Below are positions 30,069-41,281 of a stretch of 64,000 nt of DNA, in pieces; the stretch's first letter is position 1, and every line of letters begins with the position of its first letter. The DNA is from Spirochaetota bacterium (GTDB lineage Bacteria; Spirochaetota; UBA6919; CBDBPB01): the NCBI GenBank assembly GCA_965208615.1, contig CBDBPB010000004.1, positions 416,001-480,000 of the forward strand, read 5' to 3'. The position numbers were made by a program, and so were the translations under genes. The notes beneath the pieces were generated by a model. It saw nothing but the letters and a program-made list of their open reading frames with translations, searched no databases and was not told the DNA's origin.

Positions 30069-31559
30069 ATGGGAAGTGTTAGGATCCTTGCTATAGTCGA
30101 TGAAGAAGACTTTCTTATATTAAACAATTTTAATAGTAATATTAGGAATAATAAATACGACTTTATTTTTTTCGATAGTACCAAAGATAATTTAAAAGAA
30201 AAACTCAATGATAAACTTGATATCATCCTCATAAATAATGATATACTAACTCTAGCTAAGCTTAATATATTCTCAGAAATCGAAAAAACCCCTACTATTG
30301 CCGTTATCGTTATGTTTGACTATGGCGATATAGACAATATTAGAAGGATTATGAATAAAGGGGCATTTGACTTTATCGTAAAGCCAATTGACTGTAAGGA
30401 TTTAGATATTACTATAAATAGGTCGTTAGGCTATGTGAAACAGCTTAGAAAATTAGATATTACTAAAAAGGATAATGATAGATTAAAAAAAGAAATTGAT
30501 AAATATAAAATCAAAGAGATATATCTTAAAAACAAGAAAGACCTTTCTATATTTTTGAAAACTGCCTTTGAATCCATAATTATATACGAAGATAATAAAA
30601 TTATAGATGTTAATAATAGGTTTATTAAAACCTTTGGTTACAACGCTAATGACCTTATAGGAACAAGTATATTAGATTTTATTGATCCAGATTATCGTCT
30701 TATTGTTATGAATGCTCTTAAAAGTGGGGATAGTAAATTTGATGTTATTGCGATAAAGCAAAATGGAGAAGAGATTAATGTTAGACTTTTCTTTAAGACT
30801 ATGGTATACAAGGATAAAGCTATAAAGGCCATCAATTTAGTAGATATCACCGACCTTAAAAGACTGGATGACCTTAGAAAGGTTAATGAGCGTATTGTTA
30901 GACATGAGTTAAAAAATCAGTTAAGTGGTATTGTAGGTTTTGCGCAGTTATTTTTGACCGAGGATAATTTAAAACCTGAACATTTAGAATGGGCTAATTG
31001 TATTTTGGATAGCAGTAATCAACTGCTTTATATATTGGATTACTCATCAGATATCCTAAAAATGGAAGAGGGTATATATACCTTAAAGCCAAAGCCATTC
31101 GATATGATAAAACTTTTTAATAAGCTTAATAATGTTATACAATATACCTTAAACCATAGAATGGGGTCTACTAGTTATTTTATTAATGGAGAGCCTATAT
31201 CTGCAGATGATAGTTATTATATTAAAGGAGAAGAAAAGCATATTGAAGGTTTATTTGCTAATTTGATAAAAAATGTTTTTAAATATACTCCTAAAAATAC
31301 TAAGGTAATGGTATCTATTGAGGAAAATACTGATTCTCATAGATTTATAATCCACAATAATGCTATAATACCAAACAGACTTAAGAGTGAATTTAACTAT
31401 AAAGAGAAAAATAGTAGCAATAAGTCAGGACTTGGAGCATCTAGTGCATTTATAATAGCCAAGACCCATGGTGGTAATGTAAGCTTTAGAGGTTCTGATG
31501 ATAGCCTCTCACATTTAATAGTAGAGATCCCAAAGGAATTGCCTTCTATATACTATTGA
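30069..31559 (+). CDS. Hybrid pseudo-receiver-PAS-histidine kinase
   Basis: REC-like N-terminus (GAFDFIVKP) with Asn at the phospho-Asp position; PAS IIDVNNRF...FIDPD; H-box RHELKNQL; N-box FANLIKNVFKY; SGLG. Confidence 0.85.
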   Translation: MGSVRILAIVDEEDFLILNNFNSNIRNNKYDFIFFDSTKDNLKEKLNDKLDIILINNDILTLAKLNIFSEIEKTPTIAVIVMFDYGDIDNIRRIMNKGAFDFIVKPIDCKDLDITINRSLGYVKQLRKLDITKKDNDRLKKEIDKYKIKEIYLKNKKDLSIFLKTAFESIIIYEDNKIIDVNNRFIKTFGYNANDLIGTSILDFIDPDYRLIVMNALKSGDSKFDVIAIKQNGEEINVRLFFKTMVYKDKAIKAINLVDITDLKRLDDLRKVNERIVRHELKNQLSGIVGFAQLFLTEDNLKPEHLEWANCILDSSNQLLYILDYSSDILKMEEGIYTLKPKPFDMIKLFNKLNNVIQYTLNHRMGSTSYFINGEPISADDSYYIKGEEKHIEGLFANLIKNVFKYTPKNTKVMVSIEENTDSHRFIIHNNAIIPNRLKSEFNYKEKNSSNKSGLGASSAFIIAKTHGGNVSFRGSDDSLSHLIVEIPKELPSIYY

Positions 31560-31689
31560 TAAAAATAATAAAAAGTCCTTGCTAATAAATAGCTTTATTA
31601 TATTTATACGCATCGCATTTTGGATATTATAACCTTTACTAATAATATATTAATACCATCCCCAACTTTAACAAACTGAAGGTACTAAA

Positions 31690-33272
31690 ATGAAAGCTAT
31701 AGTTGTTGGATCAGGCCCTAGTGGTATATCTTGTGCCTATGCCCTTGTTAATAAGGGAATAGAAGTCATTATGCTAGATGTTGGAATAGAGCTTGAACCA
31801 GATAAACAAAGAATTGTTAATGAGCTATCCAACACTACTAAAGATAATTGGGATAATAGTCTTAGTTCTTTTATCAAAGATAGTCGGAATGATGACTTAA
31901 ACAATGTAGATGCTGTTAAAAAGTTAATCTTTGGTTCTGACTTCCCTTATAAGGGAGTCGAGAGTTTTATAAAGACTGACTTTTATAATACAGAGGTTCT
32001 ATCTTCTTTTGCAAAAGGCGGATTTAGTAATGTATGGGGTAAGTCCATATTGCCGTATCACCAAAACGATTTAAAAGACTGGCCAATAACTATAAAAGAC
32101 TTAGAACCCTATTATAAAAAGGTACTTTCGTTTATGGGGCTTTCAGCGGTTAAAGATAGTCTTGAGGATATTTTCCCTCTTTACTGTGATAGCTATGATA
32201 GTCTTAAGTCTAGTCATCAGTCAGAGGCAATGATGGCTACCTTTTAAATAATAACAAAGTATTAAACGACTTAGGTATTTTCTTTGGTTTTTCAAGGTTG
32301 GCTTGTAGACTTAACTCTATTGACAACTGTGAATATTGTGGTCTTTGTGTATATGGTTGTCCTTATGATATTGATTATTGTTCTTCCCAAACGTTAAGGC
32401 AGTTATTAGAACATGATAATTTCACATATATTCCTGATACTGTTGTTAAGCGGGTTAATGAGAAGTCTGGTTTTGTTGAGGTTATTGCTGAGTCATATAC
32501 TAACAGAAGTTCTATTGTTTATAATTGTTCTAGGGTATACTTAGCTTGTGGCTTTCTTAACACTGCTAAAATTATACTTGAGTCTATGGAGGCTTATGAT
32601 CAACCTTTAACTGTAAAAGACTGTCTATATTTTCTTATCCCACTATTACGGTATAAGGGTGCTAAGAACATAATGAATACAGAACTCCATACTTTACCCC
32701 ATATCTTTTTAGAGGTTTTAGATAAAAGCTTATCAGAGCAGTTTATTCATATGCAAGTATATGGTTATAACGAGTTATATTTAACTGCTATTGGTCAAAA
32801 GCTTGGTGGTCTTTATAAATTAGCCAGTCCTTTTATGGGGTTTATATTGGATAGGCTTTTCACTATACAGGGCTTTTTGCACTCTGATATATCCCCTAAT
32901 ATTAGCATTCGTTTAATTTCTAAAGATCAACCTTATTTAGTTTGTGAGTCAGAGACTAATCATATAGGAAAAACTGTGGTCAAAGGCCTTGTTAAAAAAC
33001 TATTCAAAAACAGAAAGTACTTAAAAGCAATACCAATTTCTAAGGCATTACAAATATCAAAACCTGGTAGGAGCTTCCATACAGGGGGTACTTTTCCTAT
33101 GCGTAATAGTCCTGTTAGTTTTGAGAGTGATATTTATGGCAGGCCTTATGGACTAAATCGTATTCATTTAGTTGACTCTTCGGTTTTTCCGTCGATCCCT
33201 GCCACTACCATTACCTTAACTTTAATGGCTAATGCTTATAGGATCGCCTTAGAGTCTATTAATTTGGAGTAA
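31690..33272 (+). CDS. GMC-family flavin oxidoreductase, split by one frameshift near 32243
   Basis: VVGSGPSG FAD motif, KGGFSNVWG, CEYCGLCVYGCP, SFHTGGT, VDSSVFPSIP...TLMANAYRIA. Adding one T to the T4 run at ACCTTTTAAAT joins the two ORFs. Confidence 0.85.
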
Positions 33273-33274
33273 TT

Positions 33275-34141
33275 ATGATTAAAAAGTGTTTATTAACTGG
33301 CTCAAGCGGTTATGTTGGAGGGGTCATAAAAAGCTATCTTCGTAATAAGGATTGGGTTGTTTATGAGCTAAGACGTAATATATTGAGTGGTTCAGCTGAG
33401 CATATTATACCTTATACCCTTGGGCAACATGTTGATAAGACTATTTTTAAGAATATGGATGTTTTAATTCACTGTGCTTATGATTTTAGTATTAGGGATA
33501 AAAACAAAGTTTTTGAGATTAATGTTAAGGGTTCAATACGTTTATTTGAATTAGCTAAAACTATGGGGGTAAAGATAGTATTTATTTCGTCCATGAGTGC
33601 TTTTGAGGGCTGTCGTTCAGTTTATGGTCAAGCTAAATTGGAGATTGAAAAATGGGTATTAAGTGCCAATGGTATTGTTATTAGACCTGGCTTAATATTT
33701 GGACAAAAGCCTGGGGGAATATTTGGACGTCTAAATAGTCTTGTTAGCCATTTAAGGATAATACCATTAGTTGGTAAGGGTGATCAGCTCCAATATGTTT
33801 GCCTGGATACTGACTTAAGTATAGCAATTTACAAGCTAATACTTGGTAATAAGGTTAAAAAGGTGCCTATAATAGCGGCTTCGACTAAGTGTATGACCTT
33901 TAAAGAGATTATATATGTTTTGGCACAAAGTAAAAATAAGAAGGTTTGGTTTATTTATTTTCCGTATAGTATATTGTTAATGGCATTAAGGTTTTGCGAG
34001 CTAATTGGTCTTAATATAGCCTTTAGGAGTGATAGCCTAATTGGATTAGTTAATCATAATCCCAAGCCTAACTTTTATGCTACATTATCAGCAGGACTTA
34101 TCTTTCAAGATCTTAACCCTATATTGCTAAAAAAGCAATAG
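33275..34141 (+). CDS. NAD-dependent epimerase/dehydratase (extended SDR)
   Basis: LTGSSGYVG, FISSMSA, YGQAK (YxxxK), IRPGLIFG. Confidence 0.9.
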   Translation: MIKKCLLTGSSGYVGGVIKSYLRNKDWVVYELRRNILSGSAEHIIPYTLGQHVDKTIFKNMDVLIHCAYDFSIRDKNKVFEINVKGSIRLFELAKTMGVKIVFISSMSAFEGCRSVYGQAKLEIEKWVLSANGIVIRPGLIFGQKPGGIFGRLNSLVSHLRIIPLVGKGDQLQYVCLDTDLSIAIYKLILGNKVKKVPIIAASTKCMTFKEIIYVLAQSKNKKVWFIYFPYSILLMALRFCELIGLNIAFRSDSLIGLVNHNPKPNFYATLSAGLIFQDLNPILLKKQ

Positions 34142-34191
34142 GATATTACTTTATTTAACTGCAAAACAAATAGTTAATAATACCTAATATA

Positions 34192-35373
34192 TTAATGGTT
34201 AATTAGTCTTATAATATATCTTGATCCGTCTTTTGTTAGGTCAACAAAAATTGGTTTTTGTAATACTTGTCCCTTTTCATTTTTTATTATCTCTACCCCC
34301 GGACGTGATGTTGTTTCAGAGTCTTTGGATACCACTATAGCAATCTCATTTGTATTTAGTAAAACTGCTGAACCAAGATGATAAAAATTACTTTCTTTAA
34401 ATAATATTCCCATATTTTTAGAAAACCTATGAGCAATATCCGGTTTAAAATGAGTACCCGCATTCTTTATAATATTTTTTAGTGCCTCCTTAGACCCTAA
34501 AGCCTCTTTATAAGAAAGTTTTGTGGTAAGAGCATCATAAAACTCAGCAATGGCAACAATATATACACCATCATCAATTTGCTGGTCCTTAAAGCCAAAA
34601 GGATAACCACTGCCATCAAACCTTTCATGGTGTAGTAATACTATTTTTTTTACAGACTCAGGTAGCCCCTTACTATCCTTTATAATTTCATAACTATATC
34701 TAGAGTGCTTTTTTACAGTTTCAAACTCTTTAGGATTTAGAGTGGAAGCCTTATGAATAAGATCATAAGGCAAGCGTATTTTTCCTATATCATGCAAGAA
34801 GCCAGCAATTCCAATTTCTTTAATATCATTTTCTTCAAAACCTATCTTTCTGGCAAAAGCCATAGCAATAACTCCAACATTCAAGCAGTGGGAATATGTA
34901 AAGTCATCAAATGATTGGATATCCAAAAGATTAATAACTTCTTGTTGACTATTTTTAAGATCATCCAATATATTATCTATAACAGAGTTAGCACCTTCAA
35001 AATCAATTTCACTATTATTCTTTATTGCCTGCTCAATCTTTTCTGCAACATTAACAGCTTTTATTTGCGTATCTATACTGATAGACCTTGGTCCATCATA
35101 TATATTTTGATTTAGATAATCTTTTAAGTTAGCGTCATACAATGGCTGATGGTCTATTGACTTTGATTTTGAATAAAACACCTCTTCAACACCTGCATCA
35201 ATAAGATTATCAATATCGCTCTGAGAGAAGGGAGTATAAGCAGGATGAACAATATTACCATGGGTATCGAATGTTGGACAGTTTAAAACAGTATTAGGCT
35301 TTAAAAACTTAACCTTAATTAATACTTGTTCGCCTTGTTCTATAAATTTATCTTCAGTATTACCATTTTTCAC
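34192..35373 (-). CDS. HD-GYP domain cyclic-dinucleotide phosphodiesterase
   Basis: TYSHCLNV, LHDIGK, HHERFDGSGYP, FYDALT; GGAGGAG RBS. Confidence 0.93.
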   Translation of the reverse strand: MKNGNTEDKFIEQGEQVLIKVKFLKPNTVLNCPTFDTHGNIVHPAYTPFSQSDIDNLIDAGVEEVFYSKSKSIDHQPLYDANLKDYLNQNIYDGPRSISIDTQIKAVNVAEKIEQAIKNNSEIDFEGANSVIDNILDDLKNSQQEVINLLDIQSFDDFTYSHCLNVGVIAMAFARKIGFEENDIKEIGIAGFLHDIGKIRLPYDLIHKASTLNPKEFETVKKHSRYSYEIIKDSKGLPESVKKIVLLHHERFDGSGYPFGFKDQQIDDGVYIVAIAEFYDALTTKLSYKEALGSKEALKNIIKNAGTHFKPDIAHRFSKNMGILFKESNFYHLGSAVLLNTNEIAIVVSKDSETTSRPGVEIIKNEKGQVLQKPIFVDLTKDGSRYIIRLINH

Positions 35374-35578
35374 TTGCTCCTCCGGTATTATAGCATTGTT
35401 TAAAGCAAGATATAGTTTTATTGTTTTAAACTATAGTTTTTTTACTAAGGTTTTCGTTATCGATAATAATTAATATAATAAAGTTTTTTTTAAAATGATA
35501 ATTAAATAACACAAAACCTAAAGATAGAAGTATAGTTTCAACAAGGAGTTAGTCAATTTAGCTTATATGTTATGATTT

Positions 35579-36340
35579 TTAACTAATCCCAGTCAGGAGT
35601 TTAGTTAATATTTCAGGTTGTGCATCAGCAACTAATATTGTATGTTCAAAGTGTGCAGAAGGCATTTTATCTTTTGTAGTAACGGTCCACCTATCTTTCT
35701 GCAAAACTATACGGTGAGAACCCATATTAACCATAGGCTCAATAGCAAGAACCATGCCCGTCTTCAATCTCATACCCTTATTAGGAGGCCCGGTATTATA
35801 TATTGGAGGTTCTTCCCAAACGTCTGATCCAACACCGTGTCCACAATACTCCCTAACTAAACTGAATCCTTGACCTTCAACATAACTTTGTATAGCATGA
35901 GAGATATCTCCAACTCGATTACCTGTAATAGCCTTTTCTATACCAAGGTATAAGGATTTTTCAGTAACCTCAAGCAATCTTTTTTTTTCATCATTTATCC
36001 CGCCGACAGAATATGTATATGCCGCATCTCCAAATCCGCCATCAGTTTTAACTCCAACATCAACGCCAACTATATCACCATTTTTTAGCCTATAATTATT
36101 AGGTATTCCATGTATAACGTTTTCATTGACCGAAATACAAGTTGCATTTGGATAACCTTTAAACCCTTTAAAAGATGGTAATCCCTTATTGGATATAATA
36201 TATTGTTCACAATAACTATCTATATCCAAGGGAGTTACTCCCTCTTTTATAATATTTTTAAGGCTAAGCAATAATTTAGAAATAACCTTACAACTATATC
36301 TAATTTTATCAATTTGATCTTTTCTTTTAATCAGTGCCAT
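35579..36340 (-). CDS. map: Methionine aminopeptidase type I
   Basis: CISVNENVIHGIP, DVGV, GDAA, CGHGVG, AIEPMVN, SAHFEHT. Confidence 0.97.
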   Translation of the reverse strand: MALIKRKDQIDKIRYSCKVISKLLLSLKNIIKEGVTPLDIDSYCEQYIISNKGLPSFKGFKGYPNATCISVNENVIHGIPNNYRLKNGDIVGVDVGVKTDGGFGDAAYTYSVGGINDEKKRLLEVTEKSLYLGIEKAITGNRVGDISHAIQSYVEGQGFSLVREYCGHGVGSDVWEEPPIYNTGPPNKGMRLKTGMVLAIEPMVNMGSHRIVLQKDRWTVTTKDKMPSAHFEHTILVADAQPEILTKLLTGIS

Positions 36341-36348
36341 TTATTCTC

Positions 36349-38013
36349 TCACTCAAAGTTATCCACCTTAGTTATATTACCATTAGAGTCAAAATAAATT
36401 ACTTTAATAAGCTCCTTAAGCCAGTTATATCGCTTTTCTTTAGCAACCTTGCCAATAGAGTTATAATAAAATACCCTTGATCCAATATACTGCTTTTTTT
36501 TATCGAATCCATGTTCCATAATTCGCTGATTTTTTTTATTATATACATAAACCAATATTTTATCCAGCTCTCTAACTTTATTATAAAGCTTTTCTTGTTT
36601 TAGAAGTCCCTTTTTATTATACAGATAAACTACAATATTATTAACGCGACTATTTTTATAAGTAATAGCTCTATATACCCTGTTTTTAGGGTCATAAAAT
36701 AGTGTTTTTACGGGTTTATTTTTATGATATAAAGTCTTTGATTTATTTTTTCCATTGGCCTTATAGCTTAGCTTTATTTGGGATACTAAAACACCTTCTT
36801 TAAATATTTGTTCATTTATTACTCTTCCCTTTTTGTCATAGATATACTTCCAAGATATTATTAGTTTATTTGGGTCATATTGTTGAGCTTGCACCACCTG
36901 ATTTTTTTCGTTGTATTTATATATTATATAATGTTTAAGTTTACCGAAGTCATATTTCTGATTTTTTATTAGGAGTCCCTTTTCATTATAAGTTAGTTTA
37001 CGACTAAGCTTATCAAGCTTTTTAACTTCTACAGTTTTTCTAACATTGTTATTATATTTATAGACTTCCGAATAAACAATTGTATTACCTTCTATTTTCT
37101 CCAAAGATTTTATTTGTCCTAAAGGAGTATATTTACTAACCTTAACTAGGTTGTTATATTTATCATATTCTTTAGTTGTTTTACCATTCGTGGTATATTC
37201 GTTATGCTTATAGGAGTATAACGTTTCATTTTTATCATAATATTTTAATTTTACTTTTCTTCCATAATCATCATATTCAACTGTAGTTATAAGTTTACCC
37301 ATAGCATAACTATTAACATGGCGTAGATATTTATTTTTGTTATAAACAAAAGATTTATGAGCAATTAGTTTAGCATGTCTTGTAAAGCTTTCTTCTTTTA
37401 GCAGTTGATTTTCTTTATTATAATGGTATTTAACAATTTTTTTTATTAATCCCTTGTTATAGAAGGCGATTTCAGTAGGCTTATTAATATGGTTATAAAG
37501 CACTGCATAATGTAGTCTTTGATTTTTATTATACCATTTTTCTTCTTTTCCTGTTTTTAGGTATTTTATTTCACCTGTAAATAATAGTTTTTTTTTGTCA
37601 TCATGCTTTGTTTTATGTGTTAGTCTGTTATTGCTGTAATGATTTTTGGTATTTATTTTATTATTATCGAAGGTATTGGAGTATAAAAGCTTTCCATTTT
37701 TTGAGTAGTTATAAATAGTTACCTCATCCAAGAGGAGGAACTTAATTTTATCTAGCCTATTAAGACGGTTAGTTTTTTTATCGAAAAAAGCTTTTAGATA
37801 AAAGTTCTTATTTTTAAGTTGTTTTTCGTTTAAGATATTTTTATCTATGAGTTCATACGACTTAGTGGGATAGTAATACTCTTCATGCATATAGTATTTT
37901 ATATTATAGTCTTTGTTATTAGTTATATATTTAGGTTCTGGACGACTAATATTATTAGAGCATCCAAAGAATATGGTAAAAGCTATTAATATAAAGTGTA
38001 TTTTTTTTATCAT
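36349..38013 (-). CDS. Lipoprotein composed of about 24-aa Tyr/Lys-rich YD/MORN-like beta-hairpin repeats
   Basis: Lipobox FFGC; recurring Y-x-Y-[ND]-x-x-[GN] units such as YHYNKENQLLKE, YIYDKKGRVINE and YLYNKKGLLKQE. Confidence 0.75.
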   Translation of the reverse strand: MIKKIHFILIAFTIFFGCSNNISRPEPKYITNNKDYNIKYYMHEEYYYPTKSYELIDKNILNEKQLKNKNFYLKAFFDKKTNRLNRLDKIKFLLLDEVTIYNYSKNGKLLYSNTFDNNKINTKNHYSNNRLTHKTKHDDKKKLLFTGEIKYLKTGKEEKWYNKNQRLHYAVLYNHINKPTEIAFYNKGLIKKIVKYHYNKENQLLKEESFTRHAKLIAHKSFVYNKNKYLRHVNSYAMGKLITTVEYDDYGRKVKLKYYDKNETLYSYKHNEYTTNGKTTKEYDKYNNLVKVSKYTPLGQIKSLEKIEGNTIVYSEVYKYNNNVRKTVEVKKLDKLSRKLTYNEKGLLIKNQKYDFGKLKHYIIYKYNEKNQVVQAQQYDPNKLIISWKYIYDKKGRVINEQIFKEGVLVSQIKLSYKANGKNKSKTLYHKNKPVKTLFYDPKNRVYRAITYKNSRVNNIVVYLYNKKGLLKQEKLYNKVRELDKILVYVYNKKNQRIMEHGFDKKKQYIGSRVFYYNSIGKVAKEKRYNWLKELIKVIYFDSNGNITKVDNFE

Positions 38014-38248
38014 TAATCCACCTATTAAAATTATATACTGGTTTATTTAAGTTTTAGTGTTTAGTAGTTTTGTCAATAAAATGGTATATTTAAATAATCA
38101 CTTATTTTAAGTTAAACAAAAATTAATTTTTGTCAATTAATTGTTTTGTGATAGAAAGTATTATTAAGTATTCCTATTAAGTTTTTTATGTTGCTGTGGT
38201 ACATATATCTTAGTGTATACTTACTTGTACGGGGAAACATAATAATAG

Positions 38249-38380
38249 GACGTTTTATGATAATTTAATTATTAAGAAAGGTCAATTATTTTAAATAAGT
38301 TTTATACAAATGATGCATATAACGTAAAGATAAGTATATTTTAGATTTCTTTGTGGAACATAAAAGATAAAATATTGATG
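38249..38380 (+). repeat. Dispersed intergenic repeat, copy A (inverted homolog at 57056-57190)
   Basis: GACGTTTTATGATAATTT...CATATAACGTAAAG...TATATTTTAGATTTCTTTGTGGAACAtAAAAGATAAAATATTGATG matches the reverse complement of 57056-57190. Confidence 0.9.
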
Positions 38381-38641
38381 TATATTTATAGGTGAATTAA
38401 AGATAATAGAATAGTTCATACCTACTAGAACCTCTTTATAATAACCTAATAAAAAACTTGATAACATATACAACAGCATAAGTAAACTTATAAATAATTA
38501 CAAAATTACCTAATAATTAATGATTTTTTTGTAGCTTTTTACTAAATTATCTTATATAATTATCATGTTAATTACTATTAATATATGTATAAAACTCTTT
38601 AGAATAACTTTGCCATAAATCAATCGGAATACTAAAACTAT

Positions 38642-39806
38642 ATGCTCTCTTCAAAGTTTGTAGATAAAGTACTAGAACGAATAGAAAAACTAGACGTAGA
38701 AAACCTTAAAGACTTTATATATAAACTATCCCAAAACAGAAAGTTCTTTGAAACGATACTTGAAAGTATGATAGAAGGTGTTATTGTACTCAATAAAGAA
38801 CAAGATATACAATACATAAATAAACAAGCTATAATTATGTTTAATATTAATGACTCCAACGTCATAGAAAAAAACTTATTCGATGTTATTCATGATGATC
38901 CCCTAAAAACCTTTTTAATAGAAAGTTATATCCAATAATCAAAAGCAGTATGGCGTAGAACTGTTTTTAAAAAACCCTGTCAAAAAGGTTATTGAACTTA
39001 GTATCTATCCCTTTGTTAAAGAAGGAAAAATCTCTGGTAACGTTATCATACTTTTGGATATTACTGATCGAAAAGAAGAACGCCTTAAACTACAAAGAGT
39101 AGAAAGTTTAGCATCCCTAACTACTTTGGCCGCTGGAATTGCTCATGAAATTAAAAATCCTCTTGGTGCCTTAGATATCCATGTTCAGTTGTTGGATCGC
39201 ATCACAAATACCCTTAAACCTAATAGCAAAAAGGAATTTAAAAAGCTACTAAAAGTTATAATCGAAGAAATAGAGCGTATGGATAGAATAGTTAGCGACT
39301 TTCTATTTACGGTTAGGCCTATTAATATAAATCCAAAAAAAAGCGATATTTTAGAACTTTTTAACTCCATTCTTAATTTGCTAAAATACGACTTTGAGAA
39401 AAAAAATGTTACTATAACTCTCAAAGGTAATCCCATAGATAGAATATCCACCTTTGACTCCCGCTACTTAAAACATGCCTTCATAAATATACTAAAAAAT
39501 AGCCTGGATGCTTGTAAAAAAGGTGATAGCGTCTCTATCATTATAGAAAAAGAAAAAGAAAACCTAATTATTAAGATATCCGATACAGGAAAAGGAATAG
39601 ATAATAATATCCTAAACAAAATATTTGAACCATACTTTACCACTAAAGACTTCGGAACAGGGTTGGGATTAACCATCGTATATAAAATTATAAAAGAACA
39701 TAAGGGTAATATTGCAGTTGACAGCGAAAAAGACGTTGGTACAACTTTTACGTTTACTATACCATGTTATAAGGGTTATGAGCGTTTACTGCCTTATAAT
39801 TATTAA
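38642..39806 (+). CDS. PAS-domain sensor histidine kinase (NtrB/Hk2-like), one +1 frameshift near 38932
   Basis: PAS ILESMIEGVIVLN...YINKQA; H-box AHEIKNPL; NILKNSLDA, DTGKGI, FEPYFTTK, GTGLGL. Removing one base in ATCCAATAAT restores a continuous frame. Confidence 0.88.
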
Positions 39807-39858
39807 TTTATTTCTAAAAAAATGCTATACTTAAATATTATTATTAAGGAAAACTATT

Positions 39859-41214
39859 ATGAAAGGGACTATTTTAGTTGTAGATGATGAGATAAACATT
39901 AGGGAAGGGCTAAAAAAATCTCTTGAGCTGGATGGGTTTACACCAATAATGGCGGAAGACGGAAGTGAGGCATTTAAAATATTTAAAACCAAAGAAATAG
40001 ACTTAGTTATAACAGATTTAAAAATGCCTGTTATGTCGGGTGAAAGGCTTTTAAAGAAAATAATAGAAACATCATCGGCTATCCCAGTAATAATATTAAC
40101 AGGACATGGAACCGTAGAAAATGCTGTGGATGCAATGAGAGAGGGAGCTTATGACTTCCTTACCAAGCCCGTTAATTTAAATAAACTAACCCTGCTTATA
40201 AAAAGAGCTCTAGGACGAAAACAACTAGAAATAGAAAATCGTGAACTCCATCAGCAGTTGGATAAGAAATACGGATTTTCTAATATAATCGGTAACTCAC
40301 AGCAAATGAATGACTTATTTGATATTGTAAAACAAGTTGCCCCATCTAATGCAAATATTTTTATAGCTGGTGAGAATGGAACAGGTAAAGAGCTTATCGC
40401 AAATGCCATACACAGGCTGAGTCAAAGAAGAAAGTCTCCATTAATAAAAGTCCACTGTGCCGCTTTGAACGAGAATATTTTAGAAAGTGAACTCTTTGGT
40501 CATGAAAGAGGCTCATTCACTGGTGCCACAGGGCAAAAAAGAGGACGCTTTGAATTAGCTGATGGTGGTACACTATTTCTGGACGAAATAGGTGAAATAT
40601 CTCCTCTGGTACAGGTTAAACTATTAAGAGTCCTGCAAGAAAGGGAGTTTGAACGTGTTGGAGGTGAAAAAACTATTAAGGTTGATGTTAGAATAATATC
40701 TGCCACTAACAAGAATATTGAAAAAGAGGTGGCTAAAACTAATTTTAGAGAAGACCTTTATTTTAGATTAAACGTAATTACTCTTAATATCCCCGCTCTT
40801 AGGGATAGAAAAAGTGATATTCCTTTATTAGTTAATGCCTTTATTAAAGAGTTTACTAAAAGCAATAATAAACCTACTATGACTATTACTCCTCAAGCTC
40901 TATCATGCCTTGAAAACTACAACTGGCCTGGTAATATTAGAGAACTTAGAAATACCATAGAAAGGTCTGTTGTAATGACTAAGGGAATTAACATTACAAA
41001 AGATAGTATACCAATATCAATAGCCAAAGCTAGTGAAGAAGAACAGAAGATTATTAATACTGAATCAATTATTCCCCTTAGCGATATTGAAAAAAATGCT
41101 ATTCTAACTACTTTGTCATTGGTAAAAGGAAATAAAACTTTGGCCGCTAAGATGCTCGGTATAGGACGAAGAACTCTACATAGAAAATTACAGGAGTATA
41201 ATAATATAGAATAA
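39859..41214 (+). CDS. Sigma54-dependent response regulator (NtrC/AtoC/Rrp2 type)
   Basis: REC domain, GENGTGKE, ESELFGHERGSFTGA, LFLDEIGE, WPGNIREL, Fis-type HTH. Confidence 0.95.
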   Translation: MKGTILVVDDEINIREGLKKSLELDGFTPIMAEDGSEAFKIFKTKEIDLVITDLKMPVMSGERLLKKIIETSSAIPVIILTGHGTVENAVDAMREGAYDFLTKPVNLNKLTLLIKRALGRKQLEIENRELHQQLDKKYGFSNIIGNSQQMNDLFDIVKQVAPSNANIFIAGENGTGKELIANAIHRLSQRRKSPLIKVHCAALNENILESELFGHERGSFTGATGQKRGRFELADGGTLFLDEIGEISPLVQVKLLRVLQEREFERVGGEKTIKVDVRIISATNKNIEKEVAKTNFREDLYFRLNVITLNIPALRDRKSDIPLLVNAFIKEFTKSNNKPTMTITPQALSCLENYNWPGNIRELRNTIERSVVMTKGINITKDSIPISIAKASEEEQKIINTESIIPLSDIEKNAILTTLSLVKGNKTLAAKMLGIGRRTLHRKLQEYNNIE

Positions 41215-41281
41215 ATCTTTATAAAGCTTTTTGACCCCACTAAGCCCGGCTTAGATGTTATACTAATAAGGAAGGTTAGTT

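Noticed and set aside
38291-38479. 62-aa minus-strand ORF overlapping repeat copy A
   Set aside because: No RBS, and the homologous frame in copy B lacks the same start and stops earlier; conservation looks nucleotide-level
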